Origin: Batkoa obscura
Taxonomy: Eukaryota
Direction of reading: 5' to 3'
DNA length: 64,000 nucleotides
Assembly: GCA_030770535.1 (NCBI GenBank)
Contig: JASVEC010000027.1
Span: forward strand, 248,001 to 312,000
Shown: piece after piece, positions 1 to 13,064 of the stretch
Layout: each line of letters starts with the position of its first letter
How positions within the stretch are numbered: the first letter of the stretch is position 1
The notes under the pieces: model-generated
Databases searched by the model: none
What the model saw: only the letters and a program-made list of their open reading frames with translations
Told to the model about the DNA's origin: nothing
Translations under genes and position numbers: made by a program

Positions 1-762
1 TTTGATCAAAAAATAAAGTTTAATATAAAAAGAGAAACCCTTTATAATTAGCACTAGATCAAACACTAATAAAAGCATTATTTATTATTTAACTCTAAAC
101 AATATCTAATTTATTTTATCAATTGACCAAAAAAAATATACTCAATTCTCTATAATACCTGTTATTTATATTTCTTAATAAATATAGATTGATCTAAACA
201 ATTTTTTCGAACTTTATGGGATTTTGCACCTCAACAAATAACAATGATTTATTTTGTTTCAAAATCGTAAGATAGGATAGAATAACCAAGTTTTCACAAA
301 ATTGAAATTAATCTATAATGCAAACCGAGAATCAATTAATTTATTATCATAATACAGTAATAAAAACTCATTGATCTAGATTTATTACTATTTATTATTT
401 AAATATACTATATTAATTCTGCTACTATTTAACATTTGGTTAATTTATACTTATTGTGACTTGAAACCCCTTTTTACAGCACAAGTTAAAGTAATAATTC
501 TTTTATCACTTTACGATTATCTTTATTCACTTTTAGCTTGTGTTAAGGGATCTCTTTATCCCTTTAAAATAGCAGTAAAATAAAAACTAAAGACACAATA
601 TTATTTATTTAAAATAACTTAACTATTATAATAATTAAAGGGAATGCTAATACAATAGGTAAAATAAAAACAAAAGCAAAAAAGTTCATAAAAAAATGTG
701 GTATGGAACGCTACTTATAAATGAATACAACAAGTTGTATATTATATTATAATTCTACATTT

Positions 763-1893
763 TCATTTTTTAGCAGTAAGCTCCTTTTCCGTCCTTTCTT
801 TGGAATCAATGGGAGTAATAAAATGCTTAGGGGATGGTGATCTTCTAGTAGGTTGTCTTCTTTTTACTACGCCATCTGGACCAGCGTGATAAATAGTTGA
901 CAGTAACTCATGCATTTCGTAGTAAAACTCGAAATTGCTAGCTCCTGAATTCAGTTGTTGAATCTGTTGATGATAATAGTGATAGTTATTATCAAAAGAT
1001 TGTCCAGAGTGAGGTGCTCCTCCTTTTGGGATATATTGAGAACCATCCGACGATTTAACTTTAGGGTTACTAGCTATCTTTTCAGTATACTTCTTATATT
1101 TTGCTACCAATACCTTCCATCTATTCTTACATTTTTCTACTGATCTTTCATACCCATATCCTCTAAGTTGGGTAGCGATCGTTGCCCATACACCTGGATG
1201 ACGACGTAAGTTAGTGAGCTCCCTTTTATGCATCAATAAAATTTGCACAAATTGTTTTGTTTCAGCATAATGCCAATTCTCAGCTCTACCTCGAATATCC
1301 TCTTCATCGTGAGAAGCCGGTAAAGTGGTTGGGGTAGGGTGAGATGGGGTTTGAGGTACACTAGAGCTATTGAGCGGGGTAGTAATACCTTCTCTTGAAA
1401 GGTGGCTTGGATATGATGGCATAGCATGATGGTTAGTAGAATAGTTATGATAATAAGGATGATTCGGGGTACTCATCATCATATTATTATACATTGGGAG
1501 TGATTCTCTTGAGATGGGGGGGATTTGAAAGCCATGAGTTGTTGGGGTACTTGGCTCGGTGTGATGTCCAGGATGGTTGAGATGAACGCTATTTGGCATG
1601 ATTGGTACAAAACTCATATTATTTTGATTGGCATGAGGTTGAGTGTTATAATGATAATGGCGCATTTGAGGGTGATTTTGAGGATGCCCTGCTGATTGAG
1701 GATAATGCTCATGGGTATCCTGATGCATGCGTGGCTCTATTTTTATAGGTTGAAGATGTTGTGGGTGATGGTTTTGATATTGTGAGTAGTAATGATGATT
1801 GGTGTTACTTACATTATTAGAGGTAGTTTGATGGGATGCTTTGCTAGGTTGATAACCATTGGATGAGGAAGGATAAGGGTTATAGTCCACCAT
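763..1893 (-). CDS. Myb/SANT-like (trihelix GT-1 type) DNA-binding protein, intronless, with His/Asn/Pro-rich N-terminus
   Basis: ORF contains the motif W.yaET..Fv.......RRHPGVWATIA..LRGYGYERSVEKCKNRWKVL..KYK, typical of the Myb_DNA-bind_4/trihelix domain; paralogous to 55943..56872. Confidence 0.85.
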   Translation of the reverse strand: MVDYNPYPSSSNGYQPSKASHQTTSNNVSNTNHHYYSQYQNHHPQHLQPIKIEPRMHQDTHEHYPQSAGHPQNHPQMRHYHYNTQPHANQNNMSFVPIMPNSVHLNHPGHHTEPSTPTTHGFQIPPISRESLPMYNNMMMSTPNHPYYHNYSTNHHAMPSYPSHLSREGITTPLNSSSVPQTPSHPTPTTLPASHDEEDIRGRAENWHYAETKQFVQILLMHKRELTNLRRHPGVWATIATQLRGYGYERSVEKCKNRWKVLVAKYKKYTEKIASNPKVKSSDGSQYIPKGGAPHSGQSFDNNYHYYHQQIQQLNSGASNFEFYYEMHELLSTIYHAGPDGVVKRRQPTRRSPSPKHFITPIDSKERTEKELTAKK

Positions 1894-4681
1894 AATAATT
1901 AATTAGCTTAAGGAATTCTATTAATATTATATACTTTTGTTTTTTGAAAGAATATTAAACTAATAAAAAATATTTAAAAGTGAGAAGTTTGGAATAACTT
2001 ATTTTTTCGAAGTTTATTTATACTTTTCTATTTTTGATTGAGTCGGTTTTCTAAATCAAAGTGAAGGTAATTTCAATCTTAAAAAATTGAAATCAATTAA
2101 TTTTTGGTGTAGAAATGCTCTTAGTGGTTGATAATCAGAGTAAACTTTCCCGAAATTAATGTTTCATCCTTGTAACTTTTTACTAAAGCGGAATATTTTA
2201 TGTTCATGACCCTAATTTTTTGAGGAATAATTTGTTACTTATTATTTATGAGAACCGGTTCTCGTTACTAATTATTCTTCACTTTGATGTCTTAATTTGG
2301 AAGTTCTACTATTGATGCGTTGCAGGTTCCAAGTGTTTGTGGTTTCAAACCAAGGAACAATTACATATTTAGTAGTACAATACTGCTAATTTTTTATTCG
2401 ATTTCTAATGTCCATGACATCTGAGAGGAGTACACATTCCTATTAAAGTAGAAGTCTTTTCAAGTTAATCCTTTAATTAGTAGTAGTATTGGTTCTTAAT
2501 AAATACGGTAGAATAATAGTAAATTTTAATTGGTTAATAAAAATAGATAGTAAGTTGATTGGTTATAATGCAGTTATGAATTATTCTTTTAATATTAGTA
2601 TTTCCTGGTAGAAGCTAAGCTAATTTAAAGTTAGTAATGAAAATCAATGGTTCTGTATAAAATAAATAATTTTTACTTTATTTTTATTTTATTTTCATTA
2701 TATTCTATGTGTAGTCTTATTAATTTTTAATACAAAATAGAACTATTTTTCATGAGTTAATACAATACTATCAGAACTATTGATTTTTTTTTAAATTTTC
2801 ATAAGATGTTATCTAGATAATAATGATGACGCTATATTTAAATACTATTAAAATCCGGTTAATCTATTACCATACTAAAGAATATAAAATCTCTATTTAT
2901 AACATCAATCACGCTTTTCAACTACCTTTATCCCAAATACCTTAACCTTATTGAGCAAAGCTATTGGCTTAGGTCTAAGGATTATTCTTATAATTTTTTT
3001 ATTGATTTTGAACCATAAAAAGAAGTATAATATAGAAAAACTACTTTCTCAATTAAAATCTTATAGTGCAAAGAAATTCAACATTTGAGCTTTATTTATA
3101 TATTGTTTATTTAAAGAGCTTAAATAAATTAGTAATGTCGCTTTTAATCGAGCTTTTATTTTAAAATTATTTTAATATATGATTTCAATACTTGTAAATT
3201 ATTTAAGTTGCCTAAATTGGTAATCTGATTATTTTCATTTTTCAAATTGGCTTAACTTTATAAGGGATTATATTTAAATTGTTTTATACTTTCTGTATTT
3301 AGGATCACTCTATCAAAGGCTGTGTTTATGAATATTCAGTGAAATAATAGTTGTTATTTATATTTTAACCTAAAGTCCTCTTTCCTTACTTTTTAAAATA
3401 ATCACAACTAAAATGCCTATTATCTTTTCATTATCAAGATCAAGATCAATTATTTATAATGTTATTTAAGTTATATTAAAATAAAATTATATGCTATGAA
3501 ATAATTTATAGTTTTATTATATAGCTTTAGTCTGAACTTTAAAGCATGAATTGTTACTAAAAATATGTTTATTTATAAAAATATCTTATACGTAATGCAC
3601 ACAACTTTTCTTTAATAAAAGTTAAATTATATGGGCTACTTTATTTTATAAAAAAGGAGACACCTTTTTCCGTACTCAGATTGAACGTTTATGATAATAA
3701 TAATAATAATAATAATAATAGCTATTATTATAAATTAAAACTAAATTCTGCCTTTTTTCCTTCTAATCAGGTGACTAAGTGTAGCATAATACCTCTTGAA
3801 ATTTAAAATGATGTTTGTCAACAAATTCTATTCCGCTTTATTTGAATATTTTTATCATTTTATGTTCTTATTTTAATTTATAGTTTAATGCTTTTACAGT
3901 TTTAATAACTTTCAAAAATGATTTAATATCTTTTAAAAATAAAGCAACTAGTTTATTCTATAATAATATTTTATAACATTTGTTTTTATGATGACTAATT
4001 GAAGATAATCTAATTGAAATTTAAATGCCTACCTCACACTTGGATGTGAGTCATTTATTTTATTTACACTAAATTATTTGCTTCATTATCTCCGTTTCTT
4101 CACTATTCTATGTTTAACTTAGTATTTATAAAACGACTATACACCTACTTTGTTAAATTTAATCAATTATAAACAAATGAATTAGGGCTGTATACTCTTT
4201 CGGTCCCTTAGTTCACTCTTTTTTATTTATCTTTCATCCCAACTCTTCTATCTCTGTTCATTGTTATTCTTATATTTTCTACCGTTAGCTAAATAAAACA
4301 CCTGAGCTTTCGAGCTTTCCATTTTTTTTTAAAGTAACAAATATAGTAAATTTTTTATTCACAACCTTTATAATATCAAATAAAATAGCGCTTTATTATA
4401 CAAACTTGATAACTTTATTTTAATTAGTATCATAAGTTTATTAAGAGGTTAAAATTAATTACAACTTTATTCACTTGTCTTTATTTTGAGTTTTTATATC
4501 ATCTTTTAATAGTTAAAACTAATTAAAGTTTTAATTGAATTAGCTTTTATACTGTTAAAAAAGTAATTCTTTAATATACTAATCAATTCAATAATAAATG
4601 TTAAGGAAAGAACCAAATCAACATATATAATTACTTTATAAAATGTTTTTCAAAATAGTTATTTTTTTACATATAGGTTAA

Positions 4682-4907
4682 TTTAAAAGCTTGGTTCAAA
4701 TTCTGTCCAATTCTGCTTTTTAGCAAAAATTGCAAATCAAGCACCAAGTACTACAGAAATAGCTGCTTTTTTGCTCAATTTAAGATTAATTGTATGGGAG
4801 TGTTTTTTTGCCCGGTATCTATTTGGTATTTTTTTTGAAATTTTACGTTAAATAAGAAATGGACAAAAAATGGAATTAAAATTTTTTATTTAAACCAGGT
4901 TTTTAAA
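4682..4907. mobile_element. Degenerate fold-back/MITE-like element (~225 bp)
   Basis: Imperfect TIRs tttaaaagcttggttcaaat / atttaaaccaggtttttaaa, plus an inner inverted pair ttctgtccaattct / agaaatggacaaaa. Confidence 0.5.
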
Positions 4908-5047
4908 CTTACCAATATAGATTGATTATGTTATTTAAAGCATTGAGTTAAAATTTAAATAATAGAATGAACTCATATAGCTATTTTAATATTGATGTTA
5001 AAGTTTTAATTTAAATAAATAAATTAATAATATATTTATTATTATCA

Positions 5048-5104
5048 TAAGAGATAAGAGATAAGAAATAAGAAATAAGAAATAAGAAATAAGAAATAAG
5101 AAAT
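5048..5104. repeat. 7-bp tandem repeat (TAAGARA)x8
   Basis: Directly visible. Confidence 0.9.
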
Positions 5105-6084
5105 GTGGCTTTTATAATTAATATTAAACTAATTGTCGTAAATTTAATTACTGTTCAATTGTTTCTCCACTAAATATCCGAAAAACATTGTAAATTTTTT
5201 ACCAACTTTATGTTAACAGGCTACAACTCTTGTACCTGTTAATTAACTAATTAATTAATTAAAGTTTACTTTGTTTGTTTTTTATGATTATTATAAGTAT
5301 TATCTGTATTAAATTTTTAATGATACAATTTATTCATTACAACTATAATAAATTAAATATAATAGAACCTAAATAAACTGATAAAATTATTACACTAAGC
5401 ATGACCTGGGATGAATAGATTTTTATAATTTGTAGTAAAACTATTAACAATGAAATAAATAAAAAATTTAACTTCAATCATACTTTTCTCCTCATTTAAA
5501 ACTTTTTAATATAAAAGTATCTTTTTTGTTCCAATATTTTCCTATAAATTTCCTTGATTTTATATTGTGTAAAAAATTGAACATTTATTGAAATAAAAAA
5601 GATACCCCTATATTATAATTTTTAACAATACGTTAAGAAGTGTCATGTTTTTTTATAATTTTTTTCAAAAAAGTATAATCATAACTGATAAGGTCAAACT
5701 TGGCTTTGATAGAAGATTTTTTGCTTTTAAATTCAAAGGTTATGACAAAATTATAACATAAACAAGGTTTTAATAGTATACAAATGTACAAATACAAAAT
5801 GAAACTATAAATTTTAATATATAAAAATAAAGATTAAACTTAATCAGTAAAAAAAGGTGAAGGTATAAAAGATAAAGGATAAATAATACAGCAGTTTTGT
5901 GGAAAAAAGCGAAATTGAACCAATAAAAGCTTCAATTTGTGAAGATAAGATAGTATTTCGGAAATGATTGGTAGAAGCAGTCAAAAGGATGACGTTCAAA
6001 TTAAATTCAATATCATGGAAATGTATTAAAGGGATAAAAATGAAAGTTTCAACTTTAAGTTTTTATCGAAGTATAATAAAAAGG

Positions 6085-7869
6085 ATGAGTTTTAATAAAT
6101 TATCTATTGATGATGTTGATTTCAACGGCAAAAGAGCCTTAGTAAGGTAAATTAAACTACAGTTATTTATACCTATTTATATACTAATAATAAAACAGAG
6201 TTGATTTCAATGTCCCATTTGCTGATGGAAAGATTAGTAACAACCAAAGAATTGTAGCTGCTTTACCAACCATAAAACATATCTTGGAGCATGGTACTAT
6301 TAAATTTTAAGGTTAAAGAAATAGGTTGATTAATAAAAAATTTTGTAGGTGCTAAATCAGTTGTATTGATGAGTCATTTAGGGCGTCCTAACGGCAAAGT
6401 AGTTGACAAATATTCTTTGAAACCAGTAGCTGAGGAAATAGAGCGTCTCTTAAACAAACCAGTAAAATTTTTAAATGATTGTGTTGGACAAGAAGTTGAA
6501 AAGGAATGTAGCGAAGCTAAAGATGGTAATATAGTTTAATAACTTTACATTTTGTTTTATTTATTTTAACTCTTTTACTAGGTCAAGTAATTTTGTTAGA
6601 AAATTTAAGATTCCACATTGAAGAAGAAGGTTCTAGCAAGGATTCTGAAGGTAAAAAGGTAAATTAATTCGATACTCAATGCTACTTTAATTTATCCTTC
6701 TTTTTTAATTAGACCAAAGCAGATAAATCAGACGTTGAAAAATTCCGTGCTTCACTAAGTAAATTAGGAGATGTTTATGTTAATGATGCTTTTGGTACTG
6801 CCCATCGTGCTCATTCTTCTATGGTTGGTGTTGATCTTCCATTGAAAGTATCAGGATTTTTGATGAAGAAAGAATTAGAATATTTCTCTAAAGCCTTAGA
6901 AACTCCAAAAAAACCTTTCTTAGCTATTTTGGGAGGGTAATTATTTATTTATTACTAATGTATCATTTTCTAATTCATATTTTATTAGAGCTAAGATCTC
7001 AGATAAAATTCAATTAGTTGAAAATCTTTTAGACAAAGTAGATCGTATGATTATTGGAGGTGGTATGGCTTTTACTTTTAAGAAAGTATTAGAAAATCTT
7101 AAAGTAACTTATTAATCCTATAACATAACATTAAGTTAATAATAATAATAATATTTTATTAGATTGGAAATTCCTTGTTTGATGAAGAAGGAAGTAAATT
7201 GGTACCTCAATTAATTGAAAAAGCAAAGAAAAATCAAGTCGAAATTATCTTGCCAGAAGATTACGTTACTGGAGATAAATTCTCTAAAGATGCTACGGTA
7301 ATATTATTCAAATACAATTATATCATCCATTAACGTATTTAGGTTGGTTATGCTACCGATAGCGAAGGTATTCCAGACGGATGGCTCGTAGGTTATTTAA
7401 TAATAATAAAACACTATACTAAACTAATTAAATTTATAGGGATTGGATTGTGGTGAAAAATCAGCTGAAAAATTCAAGCAGGCTATTATTAGCTCAAAGA
7501 CTATTTTATGGAATGGGTAAACTAACATATGAAATCACATTAGATATTGAATTAATAATTAATAATTAATTAGTCCACCTGGAGTGTTTGAATTTGAAAA
7601 ATTCGAAAAATGTACTAAAGCTGTATTAGATGCTGTAGTTCAAGCTACCAAAGAAGGAGCAACTACCATTGTTGGTAAGTCGAATTATAATCTTATTTTA
7701 ATATTGAATGTTAATTTCATTTTTAGGTGGGGGTGATACTGCTACCGCAGCTGCTAAATGGAATGAAGAAGAAAATATCTCCCATGTTTCTACTGGCGGA
7801 GGTGCTTCTTTAGAACTTTTAGAAGGCAAAGAATTACCAGGAGTTGTTTATCTTTCTAATAAGCAATAG
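6085..7869 (+). CDS. PGK1: Phosphoglycerate kinase, 11 exons / 10 short introns
   Basis: Spliced translation [27 protein letters not shown]...MSHLGRP...[13 protein letters not shown]...[13 protein letters not shown]...GGGDTA...[25 protein letters not shown] introns, first at 6147-6198, last at ~7675-7726; TAG at 7867-7869. Confidence 0.97.
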
Positions 7870-7902
7870 CTATCAAATAAATAAAACTTGTTTAGTTTCA
7901 AC

Positions 7903-9310
7903 TTAATTCTCTTTTATTTTTGATTGTATTGTATTAAAATAAAATATAGTTGATATTAAACCAATGGCTGATAAAATATAACAAATGATTGGGCCATATG
8001 CCCAATAAAGTGTACATGCTATAATTGGGCCAATGGCTCTCCCTAATTGCCCAAAAGAACGAAAAGTACCTAAAATTTCACCACGTTGATTAGGAATGGG
8101 AGTAGCATAAATAGAAGTTAAACTAGACATCGAGGACACCACTGTAGCTGAAGTAAAAGATAAAAAGGTGATTGATAAATACAAATAACTTATGCTTAGA
8201 TTAAAGTGAATAGTAAAGGCTAATGTTAATAAAGAAATAACACAGCTCAACATCCCTAACACAATATTTCTGCCTTCATTAAATTTATATCGACGTACAT
8301 AAAATCCCTGAATACAAGCAGATAAGATACCCAAATACCCGAACATACGTCCCTGTTGAATAGAATTAAATTTATATTGATGCTGTGCTAAAAAAGGTAG
8401 TGTAAACTCAATCCCTGAAAATAAAAATAAAAATAATAAATGACAATTATTTAGCTTAGAGATTTCTACTATGTCCTCTATTTTTACATTCTTTTTTTGT
8501 ACATGCTCTGCTTCTTTTTCACTTTTATCTATCTCCTTTTCGCCACTACTACTTTCCTCGTTTTTCTTTACACTGAATTCCTTACTCTCCTTTAAAAATA
8601 GTGCTAATAAGATCAATTCAATAAAAATAAGCACACACGCCAACAAAGCAGCGGAAGAAAATTTATGTGGATTATATAAACTATGAATCTTTTGACTAAA
8701 AAAATCGATAGAAACAAAATAGCCTGATAACCCAGGCCCGACTGTAAAAGCGACAGAAAAAGCGAGACCAACTAAAGCCATTGATTTGGATCTATTCTGG
8801 ACACTGGTGATATCTGAAATAATCGTTGTAGCAATCTGTACATTACCTTCTGAGAGTCCAGCAACTACTCTAGCCAATAAAAACAGGCTAAAATCTTTTG
8901 CAAAGAACCATATGATGCTACTAATTAAGTTGCCTATCACTGTGATTATTAAAATCTTTTTACGTCCGTAAGTATCACTGTATTTGCCAATGATTGGTGA
9001 TATAATAAATTGTAAAATGGAAAATAAGCTCCCGATGATACCGCCTAACAAGGTAGACTCTAAAGCGTTGTCTACCCCAGTTTGGTTCAATATATTGGTT
9101 TTAAACCAGCGGATTCCATATAGTATATTGGTTAGTAAAAAGTTCTAGATTAATGATAAGGGTTAAAATTTTAGATCATAAAATTTAAAGTACCTCTTCT
9201 TTTTGATATTCAACAATCAAAGATGGAAAAATAGGTAAAATTACTGTAAATGCAAACAAGTCAATCAATAAAGTTAAAAACACAACACTCAATTGTTTTC
9301 TTGTATTCAT
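7903..9310 (-). CDS. MFS transporter (MFSD10/tetracycline-transporter-like, DHA1), 2 exons
   Basis: Exon 1 9310-9194 (MNTRKQLSVVFLTLLIDLFAFTVILPIFP), intron 9193-9145, joins the 395-aa ORF in frame; motif A GKYSDTYGRK; about 12 hydrophobic segments. Confidence 0.9.
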
Positions 9311-9888
9311 TGAGTTTAATTATATAAAATAAAAAATAAAAATAAAAAATGTTCTAATTTGGGCTTTTTATACATTCTTTGCTACGTCATTTTCATTGGC
9401 TTTATCATTAAATCGATTATCATAATCTAAGATTAATTTAATTAATTAATTTTGTTTAGTAATAAATTTATTAAATGACCCACTTTATGCTAACATATAT
9501 TTAATATTTATTCAAAATTAAATAAAAATAATATGTCTGGATACTTATATTAGTATAAAAACCTAATAAGTAAATAGCTTTAACAGCGAGCTAAATTTAT
9601 TAATATGATGCTTTTTTTATAATTCAAGGCACTACAAATATTAGGGATAGGGGAGCGTCTTTTTTGTTGCATTTGACAAATAATTTTTTTAAAATTTATG
9701 TTATATAAAAAATGAATACATAAAGAAACTAAAAAATACATCTCAATAGGTTTTCTAATGAGTTTTATCTTTTTTTGTAATCAAGCATTTTTATGTAATA
9801 ATACAAATATTACGGTACTGGAGAAAACCAAACACCTGTTTAAAATTTTATTATTATGTAAAGTATTTGAAGAATAAAAAAATCAAAT

Positions 9889-9992
9889 ATATGAGGATGT
9901 CTGCCTTTGTTTAGGAAATTCATGAGCGATTTTTCCTTCCAATTGGTTTCAAAAAAGGGATAAAGTGATGAAACTTTAAAACACCCTCATAT
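9889..9992 (+). mobile_element. MITE family A copy (degenerate)
   Basis: tatgaggatgt...acaccctcata termini; internal sequence alignable to the other copies. Confidence 0.6.
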
Positions 9993-10357
9993 GTTTAATC
10001 TTATCTAAGGTTATTTTAGATATCTACTTTAAAAAATTAATGTTTATTTACAGAGTTTTCAAATAAAAAAGATTTGGCACTATCTATAAATGAATACACC
10101 TTTAATCGCCAAAGTTTACTTTTCAAGATATAGAAAGTAATATAGCATTCAAACAATTAGTACAAAAGTACAGGTTAAAACTCGGTTTTTAGGTATTCAT
10201 CACTCATTGTTTTGAGACAAAATTTTGTTATATTGAAATATTTTTCAAAAATAGAAATTAAATACAAATACAAACTCCTTTTAAAAACCAATTGTGATTA
10301 TATTTAAAACTATGAAAGCTTCAGAGACAAAGTCAATTCAAAAAAGGACATTTAAAA

Positions 10358-10458
10358 TATGGGGATGTATTTTTATGTCTAACAATTTTACTAACAATTT
10401 TTCCACTCAAATGGCGCTTAAAAACGGAGAGAGTAATGAAGCCAAAAACATCATCATA
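10358..10458 (+). mobile_element. MITE family A copy (~100 bp)
   Basis: tatggggatgtattttt...ttttactaacaatttttccactcaaatggcgcttaaaaa...aaaaacatcatcata. Confidence 0.85.
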
Positions 10459-11119
10459 TATAGTAAATAAAGGTACATTTTAAAAGTGTATCCTAAGATA
10501 TTAATGCTTGTTTGTAGATTACCGGACAGAGGGGATTTAACTATGCTTATAATAAATATGAAGTTGATCTGAATGTATCTATTTTTAGAATATAAATGGC
10601 TATGCATTATCTGAATAGCTGTTAAAACAGTAAAAGCTCAAATTTTACCTATCTATTACTTTTTGAATTAAACATAAGGCCTTAATTATATTGAAACGTT
10701 TTTATACTAAAAAAACCATATAGAAATGTAATTTCCTTTTAAAAGTTAAAACTGGCTTTACTTATAACTATAAAATCATCAAAAAGGTGACCAAATTTAA
10801 AAAAGTGCCTTTAAAATATTAACTGTTAGATAGTAAAGTACACATAAAGTGGCTATATTTTCAAAAAATTACTGCAATTTACTAATTTTAAAAAGTGGCA
10901 AATGAATTTTTATAAATTTCTAACAAATCAAATACCTAACAAGTTTATTTTTTTGATCAACCTGTGTAACGTAACAACAAAAGCTCTGTATATAATGTTT
11001 GAGAATATTACTATACTTAAACAGTAAATTAAATGAGAGTGATCAAAAAAAGGATGGAGGGGATAATAATATAACAATTTAATTTATTTATTGTGTCCAC
11101 ACTTTTAATTAATAACAAT

Positions 11120-11644
11120 ATGAATTTATTTAATATGGTATTTGTTCTGTCATCTTTATACAATGTAAATAGCCAGTTTCACAAAGAAGTACAGTCAAAT
11201 AGAGACTCAGAGAACTTAACTAGTTATACAATAACGTTAAGCCATAAACCAGTAATAACTACAGCGCCACCTGCACAAAAAGTTACAGTTACAGTAACTG
11301 CAACTGAGGTAAAAACAACAACAGAAGTACAAGCAGTAAACCAATTTTTTACCGTTACATTGCCGCCAATAATATTACCTCCAGCAACTGAAACAAAGAC
11401 TGTAATTTCTAGCCAAGTATCAACCTTATACGCCCCAGGGACAACCAGTACAGCTACAGCTACAGTTACAGTTAAAGAAATAGTAACAGTTACTGAAATA
11501 AAACCAACAACTGTCATTGTCCAAGTTAAACCCGATATCATTCAAATTAACCAGGACGTTTTTTGGGCTATCCCTGGTCCCCATCCAAATCCTTTAGATC
11601 CTAACTGGGCTAATTCTGTAGTTATGCCTAAACCCACGCAGTAA
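11120..11644 (+). CDS. Putative secreted Thr/Val-rich (mucin/cell-wall-like) protein
   Basis: First ATG at 11120 gives a hydrophobic N-terminus MNLFNMVFVLSSLYNVNS; VTVTVT repeats; Pro-rich C-terminus. Confidence 0.65.
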   Translation: MNLFNMVFVLSSLYNVNSQFHKEVQSNRDSENLTSYTITLSHKPVITTAPPAQKVTVTVTATEVKTTTEVQAVNQFFTVTLPPIILPPATETKTVISSQVSTLYAPGTTSTATATVTVKEIVTVTEIKPTTVIVQVKPDIIQINQDVFWAIPGPHPNPLDPNWANSVVMPKPTQ

Positions 11645-11801
11645 AGTAGGTTAAGCGTATTCGTTTGAAATAAGTTTTTAAGTGTAAAATTAGTCATTAA
11701 ATAATTATAATAAAACTTATATTGAAAAACTTGTATTTAATTGTTCATCTATTAATTTATAATAGCTTGTATTTATTTCTAATAATTTATTTAAATAAGG
11801 A

Positions 11802-12221
11802 TTACATCCTTTGATTACCAACTGAGTTACATGTCTTTAGCATATCAAGATAATATTGACAGACGGAAATATCATTCCCACTTTGCTCCATACAATTTGT
11901 AAATTGTTTTAGTTCGTTCTGACATGAGCCTCCCCCGTAAGTTTCATTAGACTGATTATAATGTGCTTGTTGAGGTTCAGCTGGGGCTGGTTCGCTGCTT
12001 CCTCCAAATAAGTTACCTATACTATGTCCAATAGAACTACCTACAGCTACACCAGCAGCGGTTGAAGCCATTTGAGCAAATAAACCGGGTTGGCGAGGTT
12101 GAGATTGTGCAGATGCTTGAGGGGACATAGGTGGTGCATTTGCTCTTGGAGGAGAGGCTGCAGCAGTTGATGAACGACGAGTTTGAGTACGATTTGGTGA
12201 TGAACGTGATTTTCTAGGCAT
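11802..12221 (-). CDS. MIX17: Mitochondrial intermembrane-space CHCH-domain protein (Mix17/CHCHD2/CHCHD10 family)
   Basis: PGLFAQMASTAAGVAVGSSIGH motif plus twin CX9C (CQNELKQFTNC...CQYYLDMLKTC). Confidence 0.93.
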   Translation of the reverse strand: MPRKSRSSPNRTQTRRSSTAAASPPRANAPPMSPQASAQSQPRQPGLFAQMASTAAGVAVGSSIGHSIGNLFGGSSEPAPAEPQQAHYNQSNETYGGGSCQNELKQFTNCMEQSGNDISVCQYYLDMLKTCNSVGNQRM

Positions 12222-12551
12222 TTTGATTAGTTTTTACTAAACAGTCACTTAAAATTCCTTTCTCTTTTATAACTTTTACCAACTTTGTTTAGCTCTTCCT
12301 TAGCCAATAGCTTATTAACATTCTTACTAATGGTCGATAATGATGTCATTATTAAATCAATTTTCTATTTTAAAGCATGATCATTGGACCAAATCTAGTG
12401 CGTAGTGACTAGAAAGCATTTGGGATGGAATGGAAAAACTAAGACAAAAATCGGATTTTCCAAACATTAAAAAAACATTAAAATTACTAAATGATACGTC
12501 ATAACAAAAAGGGTTATAAAATAAAGTTTTAAGGAATCATACAAGTTAAAC

Positions 12552-13064
12552 ATGTCTGCTAATATTAATCAATCTGTTGAAACATACTTAAGTTTAAAAG
12601 GAGTTCAAGGCCATTTTAGAGGCGGTGACCATAACCCTAAGGTCGATAGCTTTGGGGAAGCTAAGCACGAAGCTTTAAAGGTATAAACTTAAGCACACTT
12701 TTTTTAAAAAAAGACTAATAAATAGAACATTCAAGAACATTATGGAAAACCTGGCCAAAACGCTGTTGATATTTTAAAAGCACTAGGTGAACCAGACAGG
12801 AAAGAAGTTCATATCCCAGAATTAGCCAGAGAAGAAGAGGCTCAAGTAAACAGAGATCACGGAAGAATTGCTGGTGGACAAATGGCCCCAGTTATGCCAA
12901 ACCTTGGCCCTTTCATGGGTGGTGATGGTTATGACAGTAATACTGCTGGCGACCAATACTATTTGATTTATGAATGGAGAGGAAAACATGACTATGTTTA
13001 TTTCAAAGTTGATTCTAATACTGATAAGGTAACCAAATCTGGATGGTATAATGCTCTTGATTAG
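12552..13064 (+). CDS. Uncharacterised ~155-aa protein, 2 exons
   Basis: Exon 1 12552-12680, GT-AG intron 12681-12725, exon 2 12726-13064 in frame with the listed 60-aa ORF; codon usage looks like an expressed gene. Confidence 0.8.

Noticed and set aside
5968..6084. TTG-initiated N-terminal extension of PGK in the ORF track
   Set aside because: PGK homology starts at ATG 6085; the upstream sequence contains promoter-like motifs
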